Of a DNA stretch of 64,000 nucleotides, positions 10,972 to 20,810 are shown one piece after another (the stretch's first letter is position 1; the number at the start of each line of letters is the position of its first letter). This DNA comes from Myxococcota bacterium. Lineage in GTDB: Bacteria > Myxococcota_A > UBA9160 > UBA6930. The stretch spans positions 864,001-928,000 of the forward strand of contig OZ245002.1 in assembly GCA_965223415.1 (NCBI GenBank), read 5' to 3'. The position numbers were made by a program, and so were the translations under genes. The notes under the pieces are model-generated. The model ran no database searches. It was not told where the DNA came from and was given only the letters and a program-made list of their open reading frames with translations.

Positions 10972-12207
10972 TCACGCAGCGAGGTCTTCGGCGAGGCCGT
11001 GGACCCACTCGTAGGCGGCGAGCTCCGCCGCCTGGAACCTCGCGGCGGGGATGGCGAGTTCGGCCAGGCCCGTGTCGACGCGCTCGAAGGCACCCCGCTC
11101 GAAGTCCTCGGCCAGCGTGAGGAGCCGGCCGAGCAGGCCCTCGTGACGGAGCAGCGCGCCCTCGGCCTCCGCGTCCAGGTGGAGCTCGCCGATCAGCTCG
11201 GCCTTCGGACGCCCGAGGAGCGCGTCGATGGAGGCGAGGATGCCCACCAGGAAGGCGCGCTCGCGCCACGCCGTATCCACGTCCAGGTGGCGCGCGGCGA
11301 GCTCGAGCAGGCGGCCCCGCTTCGCCGCGGTGATGAGCAGCGGATCGGCCAGACCGCCGGGGCGGTCGTGGGCGAAGAGCAGGACGGCGAGCCAGCGCCG
11401 GAGCTGCCGGCGGCCGAGGAAGACGAGGGCGTCCTCGACGCGGGCCACCCGCTGGGCTCGCGCCACGGCGGACGAGTTCGCGATGCGCAGCAGGCCGACG
11501 CTCAGGCTCGGGTGGGGTTTCAGCGCCTCCACCACCCGCGAGGTGTCCTCGTCGCGTTGCAGCCGGCCCAGGAGCTCGAGCAGCGCCGCCTGGGAGGGCT
11601 CCATGCTGCGCCCGCTCAGGATCTCCGGGTGGGCGAAGTAGAAGCCCTGGAAGTAGTCGAAGCCGAGGCGATGGCAGTGGGCGTGCTCTTCCCGGGTCGA
11701 GACCTTCTCGGCCAGGAGCCGCGGCCCGCTGCCGCGGAGCTGGCGAACCAGACGCTTCAGCTGCTTGGGATCGGTCTCGAGCAGGTCGACCTTCACCCAG
11801 TCCGCCAGGGGGAGCATCTCCTCCCTCGAATCGCCGGGCACGTAGTCGTCGAGGGCGAGGGAGAAGCCGCGGGCGCGGAGCGCCTCGCAGGCGCCGATCA
11901 CCTCGTCGTCCGGCTCGATGTCTTCGAGGATCTCGATGACGACCCGGTCGGGGGGCAGCGCGGACAAGGCGCCGGACGCGAGCACCGGGCGAGTGACGTT
12001 CAGGAAGCCCAGGGTGCTGCCGAGCACCAGCTCCGGGCCCAGGTGCACGAAGGCGTCGACCACGACGCTGGCGGCGGCCCGGTCCTGGTCGTCGAAGTCC
12101 GCGAGCTGGCTCTCGGCGGACGCGCGGAACAGCAGCTCGTAGCCGATGACCCGCTCGCGGCGGTCGGTGATCGGCTGGCGGCCGAGGAAGACGTTGGGCG
12201 CGGTCAT
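10972..12207 (-). CDS. EAL and HDOD domain protein (YuxH/PdeH-like c-di-GMP phosphodiesterase)
   Basis: FLGRQPI, GYELLFR, IEILED, ALDDY, LAEKV, FQGFYF then HDOD (LLRIANS). Confidence 0.88.
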   Translation of the reverse strand: MTAPNVFLGRQPITDRRERVIGYELLFRASAESQLADFDDQDRAAASVVVDAFVHLGPELVLGSTLGFLNVTRPVLASGALSALPPDRVVIEILEDIEPDDEVIGACEALRARGFSLALDDYVPGDSREEMLPLADWVKVDLLETDPKQLKRLVRQLRGSGPRLLAEKVSTREEHAHCHRLGFDYFQGFYFAHPEILSGRSMEPSQAALLELLGRLQRDEDTSRVVEALKPHPSLSVGLLRIANSSAVARAQRVARVEDALVFLGRRQLRRWLAVLLFAHDRPGGLADPLLITAAKRGRLLELAARHLDVDTAWRERAFLVGILASIDALLGRPKAELIGELHLDAEAEGALLRHEGLLGRLLTLAEDFERGAFERVDTGLAELAIPAARFQAAELAAYEWVHGLAEDLAA

Positions 12208-12271
12208 GCCCGCCGTATCGACCGGCGGGAGGCGCCAGGGGATCGGGCGGACGCCGGAGCGGGCCCGGGGG

Positions 12272-14437
12272 TTACCCGGACTCGCCGGGCCGGTAGTCCC
12301 GGGTCGCGGTCGGCAGCAAGGCCTCGAGGGTCCAGGGAACCCTCTTGGTCTTCTCGTCCAGGAAGAGGGGGACCTGGTCCGCGAAGTGGGGGGACGAGGG
12401 GTCGAGGGTGGCGCTGCCGAACTGGTGGACCGTGTCGACACGATGCCGGCCGGCCGCATCCCACTCGACGAACATCACGAGCGTATCGCCGGAGTTCACG
12501 GTGTAGGTGCCGTCGGGGTCGAGCACGAAGGCCTCCAGGGCGCGGAGCACGTCGGGGCCGCCGTCGGCGGGAAGATCGAGGGCGCCGCGGCGGAAGCGGT
12601 TCACCTCGCCCCAGGTGGGATCGAGGCGGCCGTGGTGGCGCTCCAGGCTCCGGGTGGCGTCGCGGAAGGACTCGAGGGGGTCGACCGGCGGCTGCTCGCG
12701 CAGCTGGGCCACGATCACCGGCGTGGCCGTGAGGATGGCGATGGGCGCGGTGCGGCTCGCGGCCCGCGCGGTGAAGTCCCAGGCGGCGAGCAGCTCCCGC
12801 GCCCGGGCGAGCTGGGGATCGTCACCCAGGTCGGCCTCCAGGACGGTGGCGACGATCTCCCGGACCGCGCTGTCCTCGGAGTACGACTTGTCGTACTTGT
12901 AGGCTCGGAACTCCGCGGGCGTGATCGACGTGTCGCCGCCGTAGAGCTCGAGGGCGCGCAGGGCCCGGTTGGTCACGCGGCGCTCGATGCCGTGGGTCTC
13001 GGGGAAGTCCGCGCGGCGCGGGCCCTCGCCGTCGACCGTCGCGCGGAAAGGCGTGTGATTGGCGTTGGCGACGACCTGGGAGGCGGGGTTCAGGAGCTGC
13101 GGCACCTCGCCCAGGCCGTGGAACTCCTCCCAGATCAGGTCCGAGCGATCTCCGGGCAGGTAGCCCTTCCAGTCCCAGCCTTCGGGCCGGCGCGGGAAGC
13201 GAGCGTTGTAGAGGTAGCCGACGTTCCCTTCGCGGTCGGCGTAGACGAAGTTGATCGAGGGCAGCGCCTGCATCTCCATGGCCGCGCGCCACTCGCCGAG
13301 ATCGCGGGCCTTGTTCATGCGCAGGTATTGGTCGAGCCCGCGGAGCTCGCCCATGCCGACGAAGCGCACGGCGTAGGTGCCGTGGGGGCGGCGCAGGGCC
13401 GGGCCGTGGGCGCTCTTCAGGAGCTCCCGGGTGGCCGTCCAGCGCAGGCGGCCGAGCAGCTTGATGGCGAAGGACGCCTCGCCGCGCTCGAAGCTCCGCC
13501 ACTCGCCGTCCAGGCGGTAGCGGCTCGGGTCGTCGGGATCGACGTCGAGCACGTAGACGTCCGCCAGGTCCGGCTGGTTGACGGTGCTCGCCCAGCCCAG
13601 GTGCCGATTGGTGCCGTGCAGCATCACCGGCGAGCCCGGGAAAACGCCACCGGCGACGTCCCAGCCCTCCTGGCTGTGCAGGCGCACCTCGTACCAGGCC
13701 ACGGGGCCGGTGTACGGCTGGTGGGAGTTGACGAGCAGGCGGGTCGCGCCGTCGGCGGAGCGGCCGGGGCCGACGGCGACCGCGTTGGAGCCGAGGATGG
13801 GCTGGGGAACGTCGGTGAGGTGAAAGGCGCGCTCGGTGGGGGAGAGGGCGAGCTCCCGCTGGGCCTCGTCCTCGAAGAGCTCGAGCATCGTGCTCTGGAA
13901 GCCGTAGAAGAGCGGCGTCTTCAGGGTGAAGCCCGCCACGATGTCGCGGCCGGTCGCGGGGATGGCCCCGGGCAGCACCTCCTCCGGGTGAAGTGCCGCG
14001 TAGTGGTTCAGGCCGGCGGCGTAGGCTTCGGCGATGGCGCGGGCTTCCTGCGACACCTCGCTCTCGTAGCCCCGTTCCACCGCGTCCCACACGCCCATCC
14101 ACTGGGCCATGAAGTCGAGCGGCGCCGCGTCGGGCCCGTCGACGGCGGCGAGTCGGCCGCGGGTCGCAAGGGTGACCTTCTGGATGGTGAGGAAGTCGTC
14201 CTCGGCGTGGGCGAAGGCCAGCCCGTAGGCCACGTCCACGTCGCGCCGGCCGTAGATGTGGGGCACGCCGTAGCCGTCGCGGACGATCCGCACATCGTAG
14301 GCGGAGGCAGCGGCCCGCCAGGCCTGCGGATCGAGATCGAGATCCTCGGGCATGACCGCCCAGAACGCGACGGCCCCGAGGCCCGCGAACAGGACAAGGA
14401 AGAACGCTGCGATCACACGCTTCAAGGGGCGAAACAA
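12272..14437 (-). CDS. Penicillin acylase family Ntn-hydrolase (acyl-homoserine lactone acylase-like)
   Basis: RDGYGVPHIYG, catalytic GSNA at the beta-chain start, LLVNSHQP, WYEVRL; N-terminal anchor; TTG start is approximate. Confidence 0.9.
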   Translation of the reverse strand: MFRPLKRVIAAFFLVLFAGLGAVAFWAVMPEDLDLDPQAWRAAASAYDVRIVRDGYGVPHIYGRRDVDVAYGLAFAHAEDDFLTIQKVTLATRGRLAAVDGPDAAPLDFMAQWMGVWDAVERGYESEVSQEARAIAEAYAAGLNHYAALHPEEVLPGAIPATGRDIVAGFTLKTPLFYGFQSTMLELFEDEAQRELALSPTERAFHLTDVPQPILGSNAVAVGPGRSADGATRLLVNSHQPYTGPVAWYEVRLHSQEGWDVAGGVFPGSPVMLHGTNRHLGWASTVNQPDLADVYVLDVDPDDPSRYRLDGEWRSFERGEASFAIKLLGRLRWTATRELLKSAHGPALRRPHGTYAVRFVGMGELRGLDQYLRMNKARDLGEWRAAMEMQALPSINFVYADREGNVGYLYNARFPRRPEGWDWKGYLPGDRSDLIWEEFHGLGEVPQLLNPASQVVANANHTPFRATVDGEGPRRADFPETHGIERRVTNRALRALELYGGDTSITPAEFRAYKYDKSYSEDSAVREIVATVLEADLGDDPQLARARELLAAWDFTARAASRTAPIAILTATPVIVAQLREQPPVDPLESFRDATRSLERHHGRLDPTWGEVNRFRRGALDLPADGGPDVLRALEAFVLDPDGTYTVNSGDTLVMFVEWDAAGRHRVDTVHQFGSATLDPSSPHFADQVPLFLDEKTKRVPWTLEALLPTATRDYRPGESG

Positions 14438-14468
14438 CTTAACAAATGGAACCGGCCCCTAACTTAAC
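14436..14468 (-). repeat. Dispersed 33-bp repeat, copy 1 (solo)
   Basis: Minus strand GTTAAGTT-AGGGGCCGGTTCCATTT-GTTAAGTT; same core at 34725, 34775 and 63336. Confidence 0.85.
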
Positions 14469-15231
14469 GACCGTGGAGGGGGCCGGCGGGGAGGGTGCCT
14501 TCGACGTCGGTGAAGTGGTAGGTGTCGGCGAGGTCGCGGGAGGGGATGGCGCGGCCGCTCCAGCGCTGGACGTCCGGGTCGGCGGCGAGGGCGGCAACGG
14601 CGCGGCCGGTGAAGCGCTGGGATTCGGCGCCGGAGAAGTCGAGGGTCGGAAGCACCTCGGCGGCGCCGCGGGTGCGCTCGGTGAGGACGAGGCCGGGCCA
14701 CAGGGAGACGACGGCCACGCCGTGGTCGCGCAGCTCGTGGGCGGCATCGGCGGTGAGGCGATCGAGGGCGCACTTCCCGACGCCGTAGACCACGTGCCAG
14801 GCGTATTCCTGGGCGCCGGAGGAGCTCACGTTGGCGATCAGGCCGCGACCCTCCTTCACCATCAGCGGCGCCGCGTACCAGCTCGCCACGTAGGCCGAGC
14901 GCGTGCCCACGTCGATCATGTCGTCCCAGTTGGAGATCGGCACCTCCCAGAAGGGCCTGCGCGAGGTGAGCTCCTTGGGGATCAGGAAGGCGTTGTTGAC
15001 GAGCACGTCCAGCCGGCCCTGCTCGTCCATCACGCGGCTGAAGAGCGCCTCGACCTCGTCATCCCGGCGGTGATCGCAGCGCACGGCGATGCCGCCGCCC
15101 TCCACCGCGTCGATGCTGCGCCCGGTGCCGTAGACCGTCGCCCCGGCGAGGGCCAACTCGTGGGCCACGCCCTTGCCGATGCCGTAGCTCGCGCCGGTGA
15201 CGATCGCGACCCGGCCGTCGAGAGCGCCCAT
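14464..15231 (-). CDS. SDR family oxidoreductase (DHRS1-like)
   Basis: TGASYGIG, LVNNA, YGVGK catalytic motif. Confidence 0.9.
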   Translation of the reverse strand: MGALDGRVAIVTGASYGIGKGVAHELALAGATVYGTGRSIDAVEGGGIAVRCDHRRDDEVEALFSRVMDEQGRLDVLVNNAFLIPKELTSRRPFWEVPISNWDDMIDVGTRSAYVASWYAAPLMVKEGRGLIANVSSSGAQEYAWHVVYGVGKCALDRLTADAAHELRDHGVAVVSLWPGLVLTERTRGAAEVLPTLDFSGAESQRFTGRAVAALAADPDVQRWSGRAIPSRDLADTYHFTDVEGTLPAGPLHGR

Positions 15232-16721
15232 CAATCGCCGGCCGCGACCCGCGCGGCCTCCGCCTCGACCCGGGTGCCGGCGAAGAAGTCCGGGTTGAGC
15301 CGCGTGTAGAAGCGCACCGGGTTCGCGAAGACGAAGTCCCGGAAATCGTCGGTATCGATCTGCTCGTGTTCGACCAGTTCCCAGGCCTCTTCCAGGATCT
15401 CCGTCATGTCCGGCACGTCCCAGTGTCCCATGTCGCTCGAGAACATGGCGCGGAGCTTCGCCCCCATCGGGTTCGCCCGGTCGTTGAACGCCCACGCCAC
15501 CGTGGGGTCGTCCGCCTCGCAGCCGAAGAAGAAGTGGGGGACGAAGCGCTCCCGCACGTCCTCCTTCGTGTCGACCCCACAGGCCTCCCACTCGTCGAGG
15601 AAGGGCGGCTCGGGCTCGAGTTTCTGGAAGCTCTCCACCAGCCCGGGCACACCGGCGTGGAAGTGCTCGTCGGCGTACACGTCGAAGAGCCGGGCGAGCT
15701 CCGCCGGATCGATGCGTTTCGGATCCAGGTGATGGATCGCCTCGCGGTTGCGCTTCTCCCAGTGGGAGACGATGTCGGCGTAGAGGATGCAGGCCCAGCC
15801 GACGCCCCCTTCCAGGAGGCCGAAGGCCAGCTCCGGGAAGCGGTGGGTCACGCCGCCCATGAAGAGCGCCCGGCACAGCGCCTCCGCGCTCGCCGCGAAG
15901 GAGCCCAGATGGTTGGCCATGTAGCTCGACACCGAGCGCCGGCTGCCCCAGCCCATCCCGGGCGTGTGCGAGGCCGGCGCCACCTTGAGCTCGACGCAGC
16001 GCCGCCAGAAGGGATCGTAGTCGTGGGCCGAGTCGAGCCCGAGGGCGTCGATCCGCTCGCCGGAGCCCGAGCCCCAGTTGGGCTTGGTCGGGTCGATCTC
16101 CGCTGTGCCGGCGCCGATCGGCCGGTGCACGAGCCCGTTGATCATGATCGCCTTCATGCCGAGCTCGCCCACGGCGTGCTCCAGCTCCGCGATCGCCTCC
16201 TCCGGCGTGTGCATCGGGATCTGGGCGGCCGGCGTCATGCGATCCGCGTAGGGCGCGTAGACCTCGGCGTTGAAGGCGTTGAGCGCGCGGCACGCCACCT
16301 GCCGCACCTCGTCGTCCTTGATCGCCGTCGTGGTGAGCGTACGGCTGCCGTAGAGCACCGCGAAGTCGATGCCGAAATCGTCGAGGCGCTGGTGCAGGAG
16401 CCGGGGAAGGTGCGCCGTCGCCCGGTCCAGCGTGTTCGCCGCCGGTAGCGACCACCAGGAGGGACGGGTCGCCCAGATCTCCCGCCGCTCGTCCCAGGAG
16501 AGCTGGCTCCAGGGCCGCAGCACCATGTCGTCGAAGTCCATCCCGCCGACCTCGCGGAAGCGCTTCACCATGTCGCCGCCGGCGACGTCCCGGACGAAGT
16601 CCTCGAAGAAGGGCATGAACACCGGAGGCGTCTCGATGATGTGGCCGTCCGCGTCGATGACGGGATGGCCGAGCTCCCGGCGGATGCGTCCCGCCTCGGT
16701 GGCGCCGCTGCCGATCGTCAC
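15231..16721 (-). CDS. Amidohydrolase_2 family metal-dependent hydrolase
   Basis: VIDADGH, YDPFW, LEGGVGW, FSSDMGHWD motifs; GTG start overlaps upstream TGA. Confidence 0.88.
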   Translation of the reverse strand: MTIGSGATEAGRIRRELGHPVIDADGHIIETPPVFMPFFEDFVRDVAGGDMVKRFREVGGMDFDDMVLRPWSQLSWDERREIWATRPSWWSLPAANTLDRATAHLPRLLHQRLDDFGIDFAVLYGSRTLTTTAIKDDEVRQVACRALNAFNAEVYAPYADRMTPAAQIPMHTPEEAIAELEHAVGELGMKAIMINGLVHRPIGAGTAEIDPTKPNWGSGSGERIDALGLDSAHDYDPFWRRCVELKVAPASHTPGMGWGSRRSVSSYMANHLGSFAASAEALCRALFMGGVTHRFPELAFGLLEGGVGWACILYADIVSHWEKRNREAIHHLDPKRIDPAELARLFDVYADEHFHAGVPGLVESFQKLEPEPPFLDEWEACGVDTKEDVRERFVPHFFFGCEADDPTVAWAFNDRANPMGAKLRAMFSSDMGHWDVPDMTEILEEAWELVEHEQIDTDDFRDFVFANPVRFYTRLNPDFFAGTRVEAEAARVAAGD

Positions 16722-17239
16722 TCCGCCCCCTCCTCCTTCGCGGCCCGCACCCGGAAGGCCAGCGCCTCGACCTCCGGCATCACCGCCTCGAGCCGCGCCG
16801 GGTCGATCGTCTCCGCCACGTCCGCCGCCCCGGCCCGCGCCAGCATCTGGGGCAGCCGCGTGCGGATGCGCTCCAACGCCCAGGCGAGGGGATCGCCGTC
16901 CGCCACCGGATCGAGGTGGATCATGTCGTTCGTCCGGTCCCGCCACGAGACGTAGTGGTAGTGGGGGTCCTCGACGAAGCAGTCGAAGCGCAGGAACTCC
17001 CGCCGCTCGCCGTCCTGGGTGGCGAAGACGTGCAGCGCGACCCCCCGATCGTCGAGCCCGGTCACCTGGCCCCGCTCGTCTCCGCTGGCCGCCTCGAGCC
17101 GGGCGTCCGCCGCAGCCGCAATCGCGTCGTTCAGCAGGCGGTACTCGACGCCGATCTCGACGCCGCCGGCCTCGAAGTAGGAGGTATGGGCCTCGACGGG
17201 CGGGATGGGCATGACGCTGTAGCGCGTGACGTGGGGCAT
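16718..17239 (-). CDS. Conserved hypothetical protein (LRFDCF..PHYHY motif)
   Basis: Strong codon bias, GGAG RBS, coupled to the amidohydrolase gene. Confidence 0.75.
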   Translation of the reverse strand: MPHVTRYSVMPIPPVEAHTSYFEAGGVEIGVEYRLLNDAIAAAADARLEAASGDERGQVTGLDDRGVALHVFATQDGERREFLRFDCFVEDPHYHYVSWRDRTNDMIHLDPVADGDPLAWALERIRTRLPQMLARAGAADVAETIDPARLEAVMPEVEALAFRVRAAKEEGAE

Positions 17240-17343
17240 GGTGCTCCGGGCGGTGGAGGATAGCCCGTTGTGCCGACGGCGGACGCTCGGACGGCTCGCC
17301 GGCTGGCGATGGTGGGGCTCTCATGGCGGGGTCGCGCGCCGGC

Positions 17344-17784
17344 CTAGCCCTTCTGGGTCGGACCGACCACGCGGCCGTGCAGCAGCGAGTGGTACCGCCA
17401 GCGGCCCGGCATGTGGGAGCTGACGCTGCCGATCACCAGGGCGAGGGTCAGCAGGACGAGCCGCAGTTCCCAGGCCACGCCCACACCGGCCACCAGGACG
17501 AGCTTCACGAAGGTCGCGGCCCCTCGCAGCTGGACCAGCCAGATGCGGGCCTGCCACACCTCGAAGATCACCAGGGCGCCGCCGGTGGCGAGGACGGCGG
17601 CCAGGGCGGGCAGCAGGCGATCGGCCTCCACGCCGTACACGTGGCCGCCGTAGAGCGCGCCTACCGCGACCAGGTGCAGAGTGCGGAGGCTGGTGCGCGT
17701 CCAGCGAGCACCGGGAAGGGCGCGTCCGGGCACCTCGATCCAGCGCTCCGCGCGAGCGCGCCATCCGCGGGCTTCCGGCTCCAC
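17344..17784 (-). CDS. Hypothetical multi-pass membrane protein
   Basis: About four hydrophobic segments with His residues (RTLHL, GGH, SSHMP); start approximate. Confidence 0.65.
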   Translation of the reverse strand: MEPEARGWRARAERWIEVPGRALPGARWTRTSLRTLHLVAVGALYGGHVYGVEADRLLPALAAVLATGGALVIFEVWQARIWLVQLRGAATFVKLVLVAGVGVAWELRLVLLTLALVIGSVSSHMPGRWRYHSLLHGRVVGPTQKG

Positions 17785-17804
17785 GGGTGGGAGTGTAGGC
17801 CTCC

Positions 17805-19187
17805 TCAGAGGTCCGGCGGCATCCACCCCAGCGCGACCACGCTCACCGCCATGCACGCCAAGGCGAACAGGAACGTGTATCCCACGATGTCGCCGAAACG
17901 CAGCCGCGTCACCGCCAGCAACGGGAGCGCCCACATCGGCTGGATCAGGTTCGTCGTCGAGTCGCCGTAGGCATAGGCGAGGAGCACGCTCACCGTCGAG
18001 ACGCCCACCTCCTCGCCGACCGGGATCAGGTAGGGCGCCTCGATCAGCCACTTCGAGCCCGCGGAGGGGACGAAGAGGTTCATGACGCCCGAGTAGAGGT
18101 AGACGAGGAGCGGGTAGGTGCCCTGGGTCGCGATCCGGCCGAAGAGCTCGCCGAGCCACGGGCCGAGGTGCGTGCCCTGCATCACCCCGAAGATTCCCGC
18201 GTAGAGCGGGAACTGGACGATCAGGCCCCAGGCCGTGTCGAGGCCACGCCGGCAAGCCGCGAGAAACGGAAGCGGGCGACCGTGCAGCAGGAGGCCCAGG
18301 GTCATGAACACGACGTTGTAGGCGTTGATCGTCCAGCTCGCGCCGAAGCCCCGGGTGGCGATCGAGTGGACGAGGGGATAGGCGAAGAGGGCCGCGGCCA
18401 GGTAGCTCCAGCCGCGGAACCGGTCCATGCGCGCCGCGGGGGTCGTCGGCGGCGGCTCGGGCTCCGGCGGCGTGGGCAGGATCGCCTCCAGCTGCTCGGG
18501 GGTAAGCGTGCGCGCCCCTTCCTTCGGGTGCAGGACCCAGCAGGCGAGCAGGCACACGGCCGAGAGCACGGCCAGGTAGGCGAAGTTGAAGGGGAGGAAG
18601 AGGCTCTCGGTCACGGGAACGAGGCGGTCGACGATGGGCGGGCCGGTCTCCGGCGCGAGCAGCGGGTTGCCGGGCGTGGCGAGGATGAGCGGTGCCGAGC
18701 CCGAGAGGCCACCGTGCCAGACGGTGCCGAGCCCCAGGTAGGCGGCGGCGATCAGCAGACGGATGTCGGCCTTCGGGTTGTTGCGGGCGACGAAGGGCAC
18801 GAGCAGCGCGCAGGCCACCGTGCACACGGCGCCGTTCACGTAGCCCACGGCCATCGAGAAGGCGCCGGCCAGCAGGATGGCCTGGCGGGGCTCCTCCGGG
18901 TTCGGCAGCGAGGCCAGGCGGTCGATCAGCCGGAACACCGGCCGCGATGTGACGACGGCGTAGGCCGCGATGAACGAGATGGTGAACTGCATGGCCAGGG
19001 TGAGGAGGGACCACACGCCGTCGCCCCAGGCGAGGACGGTCGCTTCCACGCCGGCGCCGGCCGGGCCGACGGCGAGGACGAGCACGATCGTCGTCAGTGC
19101 CATGCAGATGACGAAGGCGTCGGGAATCCAGCGCTCGGTCCACCGGGAGAGCGCGGCGCCTGCGCCGCGCAGCGCGTCCCCCACCAT
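17805..19187 (-). CDS. atoE: Short-chain fatty acid transporter (AtoE family)
   Basis: ERWIPDAFV, WHGGLSGSAPL, QFPLYAGIFG, NLFVPSAG, NLIQPMWALPLL. Confidence 0.88.
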   Translation of the reverse strand: MVGDALRGAGAALSRWTERWIPDAFVICMALTTIVLVLAVGPAGAGVEATVLAWGDGVWSLLTLAMQFTISFIAAYAVVTSRPVFRLIDRLASLPNPEEPRQAILLAGAFSMAVGYVNGAVCTVACALLVPFVARNNPKADIRLLIAAAYLGLGTVWHGGLSGSAPLILATPGNPLLAPETGPPIVDRLVPVTESLFLPFNFAYLAVLSAVCLLACWVLHPKEGARTLTPEQLEAILPTPPEPEPPPTTPAARMDRFRGWSYLAAALFAYPLVHSIATRGFGASWTINAYNVVFMTLGLLLHGRPLPFLAACRRGLDTAWGLIVQFPLYAGIFGVMQGTHLGPWLGELFGRIATQGTYPLLVYLYSGVMNLFVPSAGSKWLIEAPYLIPVGEEVGVSTVSVLLAYAYGDSTTNLIQPMWALPLLAVTRLRFGDIVGYTFLFALACMAVSVVALGWMPPDL

Positions 19188-19188
19188 G

Positions 19189-19791
19189 CTAAGCCGGCCC
19201 CAGGGCTGCCCAGGCCACGGCGTCGCCCACCCGGTCGTTCCCCCAGAAGAGCTCGCTCTCGACCCGCAGGGTGGGGGCGCCGAAGATGCCGAGCGCGGCG
19301 GCCTCCTCGGTCTGGGCGCGGAGGCGCTGCTTGTTCTCCGGGGCGTCGGCAGCCTGGAGAAGCGGGCCCGGCGTCTGGCCTAGGCCCTCCAGCACGCCGC
19401 TGATCACGGCGGGATCGGCGATGTCCCGATCGTCGGCAAAGCTGGCGTGGAAGACGTCGCGCACGAAGGAAGGCCCGAAGCCGCGATCGATCGCCACCAG
19501 CGCGACACGGGCCGCGAGCAGGCCGTTCCTCGGGAACCCGGAGGGCTTGCGGAAGGGCAGGCCGTAGCCCTGGCAGAGCCGCTCCATGTCCCGCCACATG
19601 TAGCGGCCCTTGGCCGGGTAGAGGTTGAAGGGCGAGTCGTCCCAGCCCTGGGCGGCGAAGAGGGGGCCGAGCAGGAAGGGTTTCCAGACGATCTCCGCCC
19701 CGGCGGCCTCGGCGATCGTCTCGATCCGCATGACCGTCAGGTACGAGTAGGTGCTCGCGAACTCGAACCAGAGCTCGATCGGTCGACTCAC
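19189..19791 (-). CDS. 2-hydroxychromene-2-carboxylate isomerase / DsbA-like (GST kappa) protein
   Basis: WFEFASTYSY, GIFGAPT, LFWGNDR. Confidence 0.85.
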   Translation of the reverse strand: MSRPIELWFEFASTYSYLTVMRIETIAEAAGAEIVWKPFLLGPLFAAQGWDDSPFNLYPAKGRYMWRDMERLCQGYGLPFRKPSGFPRNGLLAARVALVAIDRGFGPSFVRDVFHASFADDRDIADPAVISGVLEGLGQTPGPLLQAADAPENKQRLRAQTEEAAALGIFGAPTLRVESELFWGNDRVGDAVAWAALGPA

Positions 19792-20357
19792 TACCACGCC
19801 TCCGTTCCGGGCTCGCCCTTGAACGGACCCTTGATCGCACCCGTGACCCAGCCGCCGTAGAAGGGGCCGGGCTGGGGCCGCACCCGCTCGCGGCCGAGGA
19901 AGCAGGCATCGACGCGACCGGGGTAGAAGGCCAGGTGATCGCGCAACGCGTGGAAGCCGGCCTCGGGCTCCGGGTAGGACCAGGCGGCGTCGCGAGCGAA
20001 GCGGCTGCCGACCCGCAGGTGGTGGTAGCGGGCCAGGCCCTTCCACTCGCAGAAGCTCTCGAGCGGGCTCGGCTCGAGGCAGCTCGTGTCGACGTCGCCG
20101 GGGGGGACGTAGTAGGCCGGCGGGCTGGCCGTCTCGACGACGCGGAGCGCCCGTGTCGACGCGGCCAGGACGCGACCGCCGAGCTCCACCCGCACCGGCA
20201 GGAGGGCCGCCTCCACCCGCGGCGGACGCGGGTAGTCCCAGACCGACTCCTCGCCCGGGCCGGCGGGCTCGCAATGGGCGGGCCGCTCCCGCCGCGCACC
20301 GCGAAAGCGCGCTCGAGCCGCGTCGAGGTCGGGGGGGCGTCCGTAGCCGTCATCCAT
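19791..20357 (-). CDS. DUF427 domain protein
   Basis: ESVWDYPRPP, SFCEWKG, AAWSYP, FYGGWVT. Confidence 0.88.
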   Translation of the reverse strand: MDDGYGRPPDLDAARARFRGARRERPAHCEPAGPGEESVWDYPRPPRVEAALLPVRVELGGRVLAASTRALRVVETASPPAYYVPPGDVDTSCLEPSPLESFCEWKGLARYHHLRVGSRFARDAAWSYPEPEAGFHALRDHLAFYPGRVDACFLGRERVRPQPGPFYGGWVTGAIKGPFKGEPGTEAW

Positions 20358-20417
20358 CGGCGGGCCACGGTAGCGTCGCTCCGGCGCCGGGGCGCGTGCC
20401 TCACGGCGCCGACAGGG

Positions 20418-20804
20418 TGGCGGGCCTGCGCGCCGGCGCGGCGCCGCAGCGCGTCGCCCGAGCGGGTCAGGCGCTGGAGGAGCTCGATCCGTCGCCGCCT
20501 CCGAGGTGCAGCAGCTCGTCCAGTACGCCGACATCTTCCAGGGCAGGTACATCTGGAAGGAGCAGGGTGCGCTCCTCAAGCTGCCGCACACCGGCATCTT
20601 CGACGGCGACGTGATCCTCGACTTCGCCCGTGAGGTCGGGCCCGGCTTCGTCGCGACACGCCCCTGGTCCTCCGGCTTCGGCGGCGAAGCCGGGTTCCTG
20701 GTGATCGGCCAGTACAACGAGATGTCGTCCTCCTGCATGCCGTGCACCGTCAAGCTCCACGCCCCCCCGTCTTCCAGGGCCCGCCCACCCTCGTCCTCCC
20801 CTGA
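20418..20804 (+). pseudogene. Frameshifted remnant of an unknown protein gene
   Basis: Strong G/C third-position bias runs across three frames (ALEELD / VAASEVQQLVQYADIFQGRYIWKEQGALLKLPHTGIFDGDVILDF...YNE / PVFQGPPTLVLP-TGA at 20802-20804); 5' end uncertain. Confidence 0.5.
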
Positions 20805-20810
20805 CAACGC

